From positions 32,001-96,000 of the forward strand of contig CAVPSJ010000015.1 of assembly GCA_963708295.1 (NCBI GenBank): a DNA stretch of 64,000 nt, read 5' to 3'. Both the position numbers and the translations under genes were made by a program. Positions 63,773 through 64,000 of this stretch are shown in pieces (position 1 is the stretch's first letter; the number at the start of each line of letters is the position of its first letter). This stretch comes from an uncultured delta proteobacterium (GTDB lineage: Bacteria > Desulfobacterota > BSN033 > UBA1163). Below the pieces are notes generated by a model. The model was not told where the DNA came from, searched no databases, and saw nothing but the letters and a program-made list of their open reading frames with translations.

Positions 63773-64000
63773 TTTATTTGTCAAATGAATTCTTACAAAC
63801 CAAAGACAAGTGAAAGAAGATAAGAAGGAAGTTATGTCATGTAGGAATACTAAATGATAACGAGCAATTATATGTACTATACTTCCATTTCTTAAAGGAC
63901 TGAGTGGGTACCTTGGATAACATCACTGATGGCTATTTTCATGCTTTTTGTTCCGCGGATAAAACGTTGGTTCACTTAGGAAGCGGTCTTTGCCCTTGCC

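Noticed and set aside
1-64000. CRISPR array, rRNA genes or a complete prophage
   Set aside because: No regularly spaced repeat-spacer series, rRNA-like sequence or phage structural genes were seen.

Overview
Bacterial chromosomal window. The gene content suggests an anaerobic Desulfobacterota/deltaproteobacterium-like organism (inference only). From left to right it holds: Wood-Ljungdahl-linked genes (a RACo/AcsV-type corrinoid activator and fhs); a selenocysteine FdnGHI-type formate dehydrogenase with FdhE and three neighbouring histidine kinases; a Pat/YfiQ-type acetyltransferase; a heme-motif sensor kinase paired with an orphan PhnD-like binding protein; a CBS/CGL transsulfuration pair; an octaheme nitrite reductase; and a TetR-ALDH-SCP2 operon. 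A tRNA-Thr(TGT) at 53559-53633 has its 3' end duplicated at 44400-44422, delimiting a ~9 kb island. The island contains a tyrosine-recombinase remnant and three copies of a conserved non-coding motif that separate cargo modules. Two small genes are missing from the ORF track: a Cys-rich 36-aa peptide (7219-7329) and a 29-aa membrane peptide (55599-55688). Many genes at 12-32 kb, 41.6 kb and 60 kb carry single-base frameshifts that look like assembly indels rather than true pseudogenes. All protein family calls come from motif recognition by eye; no database search was run.
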